A stretch of DNA of 64,000 nt from Eledone cirrhosa (taxonomy: Eukaryota): NCBI GenBank assembly GCA_964016885.1, contig OZ024743.1, positions 340,628,001 to 340,692,000 on the forward strand. Reading direction: 5' to 3'. The notes under the pieces were generated by a model that saw only the letters and a list, made by a program, of their open reading frames with translations, ran no database searches and had not been told where the DNA came from. Below are positions 62,570 to 64,000 of the stretch, in pieces. The position numbers and the translations under genes were made by a program. Positions within the stretch are counted from its first letter, which is position 1. Each line of letters begins with the position of its first letter.

Positions 62570-62915
62570 TATAATATGAAGATAGTTTATTCAGTAATTC
62601 GGTGTTATACATAATTCTGTGGCATCAGCAATCATTACGCAATTATGATACGTCTTCTTAAGACAGCAATTTTTTTAAAGGAAAAATATCTGGTAATATG
62701 GAGGCGAACCTATTTTCAATGATGTTTTTTCAATGTTCCATCTTCATGTCATGTCACCAGATATTTTACCTAAAACAATTGCTGTCTGAAGACGTCGTGT
62801 GACAACTACGTACTAATGCTATTGTGTAATAGTGTCATTTCTGACACCACAGAAATGCGTATAGCAGTGAACCACCTTACAAATTGAATCATAGAAAACT
62901 TCTTTTCATAATTAT
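62570..62915. repeat. Old imperfect inverted repeat (MITE-like)
   Basis: TTCTGTGGCATCAG / CTGACACCACAGAA, AGACAGCAATT / AATTGCTGTCT and AAAATATCTGGT / ACCAGATATTTT. Confidence 0.5.
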
Positions 62916-64000
62916 TATTATACTCACACTCCATAGTGTGCTACCCAAGTGATCCAACATCACGATCGGACACACGCATAAACCATGGTGAGGTTTCTTC
63001 AGCTTATATCATTATTTATTAATTGGGGTGCTGCAAACACAACCATAAATATCTTTTAATTAAGTAGGTAATATCGCGCTCACCCGCACCCATACACACA
63101 CAAACACACTCACACACACAGGCGCACACACACACACACACACACACTCGCACACCACACACCCTACACACACACATATATGTATATGTTTATTAATTCA
63201 TCTTTTGAAATCACTCCCCTGCAATAATCTTTCATCAAGTTTGGCACGCTATTCATTTCAACTAGTTATTAAACATAACGCTACCACCACTGTCCATTTA
63301 CACATGTTAGAGTCAGACATGCTTTCCAGCATAGTTATGTCCCTTTACGATCTGAGTTCAAATCCCGTCGAGGTTAACTTTGCCTTTCGTCCATACGGGG
63401 TCGATAAAATAAAGTACCAGTAATGCACTGGGTAATTGCTGGCCTTGTGCCAAAAGTAGAAACAATTATATATTACATATGTGTATGGCTGTGTGTGTGT
63501 GAAGGGTGACATATTGGTATCCTGTTGTTCTATCAAGTAAACGACATAGCCATTATATTAGCGAGCAAAGTGCCCGAGTAATCCACAGGCATATGTAGTA
63601 CAGTTAACTTAATTCTCAAATGGAATCATCCTTAATGTGTGACAAACCCGTACATGAAATTCTAGGTACCATCAATCAGTTTCCACAAGTTTTCCGTGTC
63701 CTCCATTTCACTCACAAAGATTGGGTACTTAGAAAGTTATGATAAGAGACAAATGCCCCATTTGCTACGCAGTGAGATGGAATCATGATTGAAAAGGAAG
63801 TAGTTTACCCTCTCAGTAATCACTACTTTGTGTTAGATTTCTTTGATATCCCCTCTCTCTCTCTCTCTCTCTTTGTTGTCAGTAGTCAAGAAACTGCTAT
63901 CTATAGCTATCAACTTATCTTCAGACAATAAACACAACAACTATCTTTTTTTCTATCCGTATATATATGTGCCAGTTTGTCTAGTTATCTGTGGATTTCG

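Overview
AT-rich eukaryotic intergenic or intronic DNA with no recognisable host gene. Mollusc/cephalopod origin is inferred from the SINE types and the extreme (TA)n/(CA)n content. Almost everything between the microsatellites is mobile DNA. The dominant signal is Penelope-like retroelements (PLEs) inserted in (TA)n tracts as asymmetric palindromes: a 5.6-kb RT+GIY-YIG element (32310-37959), a 3.5-kb RT-deleted relative (55207-58729), three GIY-YIG 3' fragments of a second lineage, and many short terminal palindromes. Read by eye, these carry more than 30 type I hammerhead ribozyme (HHR) motifs from roughly 20 sequence families, many with palindromic stem III and several with a very long stem II. 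A non-coding 540-bp circularly permuted HHR repeat (30775-32293) looks like a retrozyme, i.e. a circular-RNA-derived retroelement. Also present: a 5'-truncated RTE LINE with an open RT frame, a near-complete Buster-type hAT transposon with TIRs and TSD, a non-autonomous Helitron, a Tigger-like MITE, tRNA-derived SINEs, a 5S-derived SINE-like piece, and fold-back duplications of flanking DNA around TA tracts. All structures were derived by manual reading; no searches or folding programs were run.
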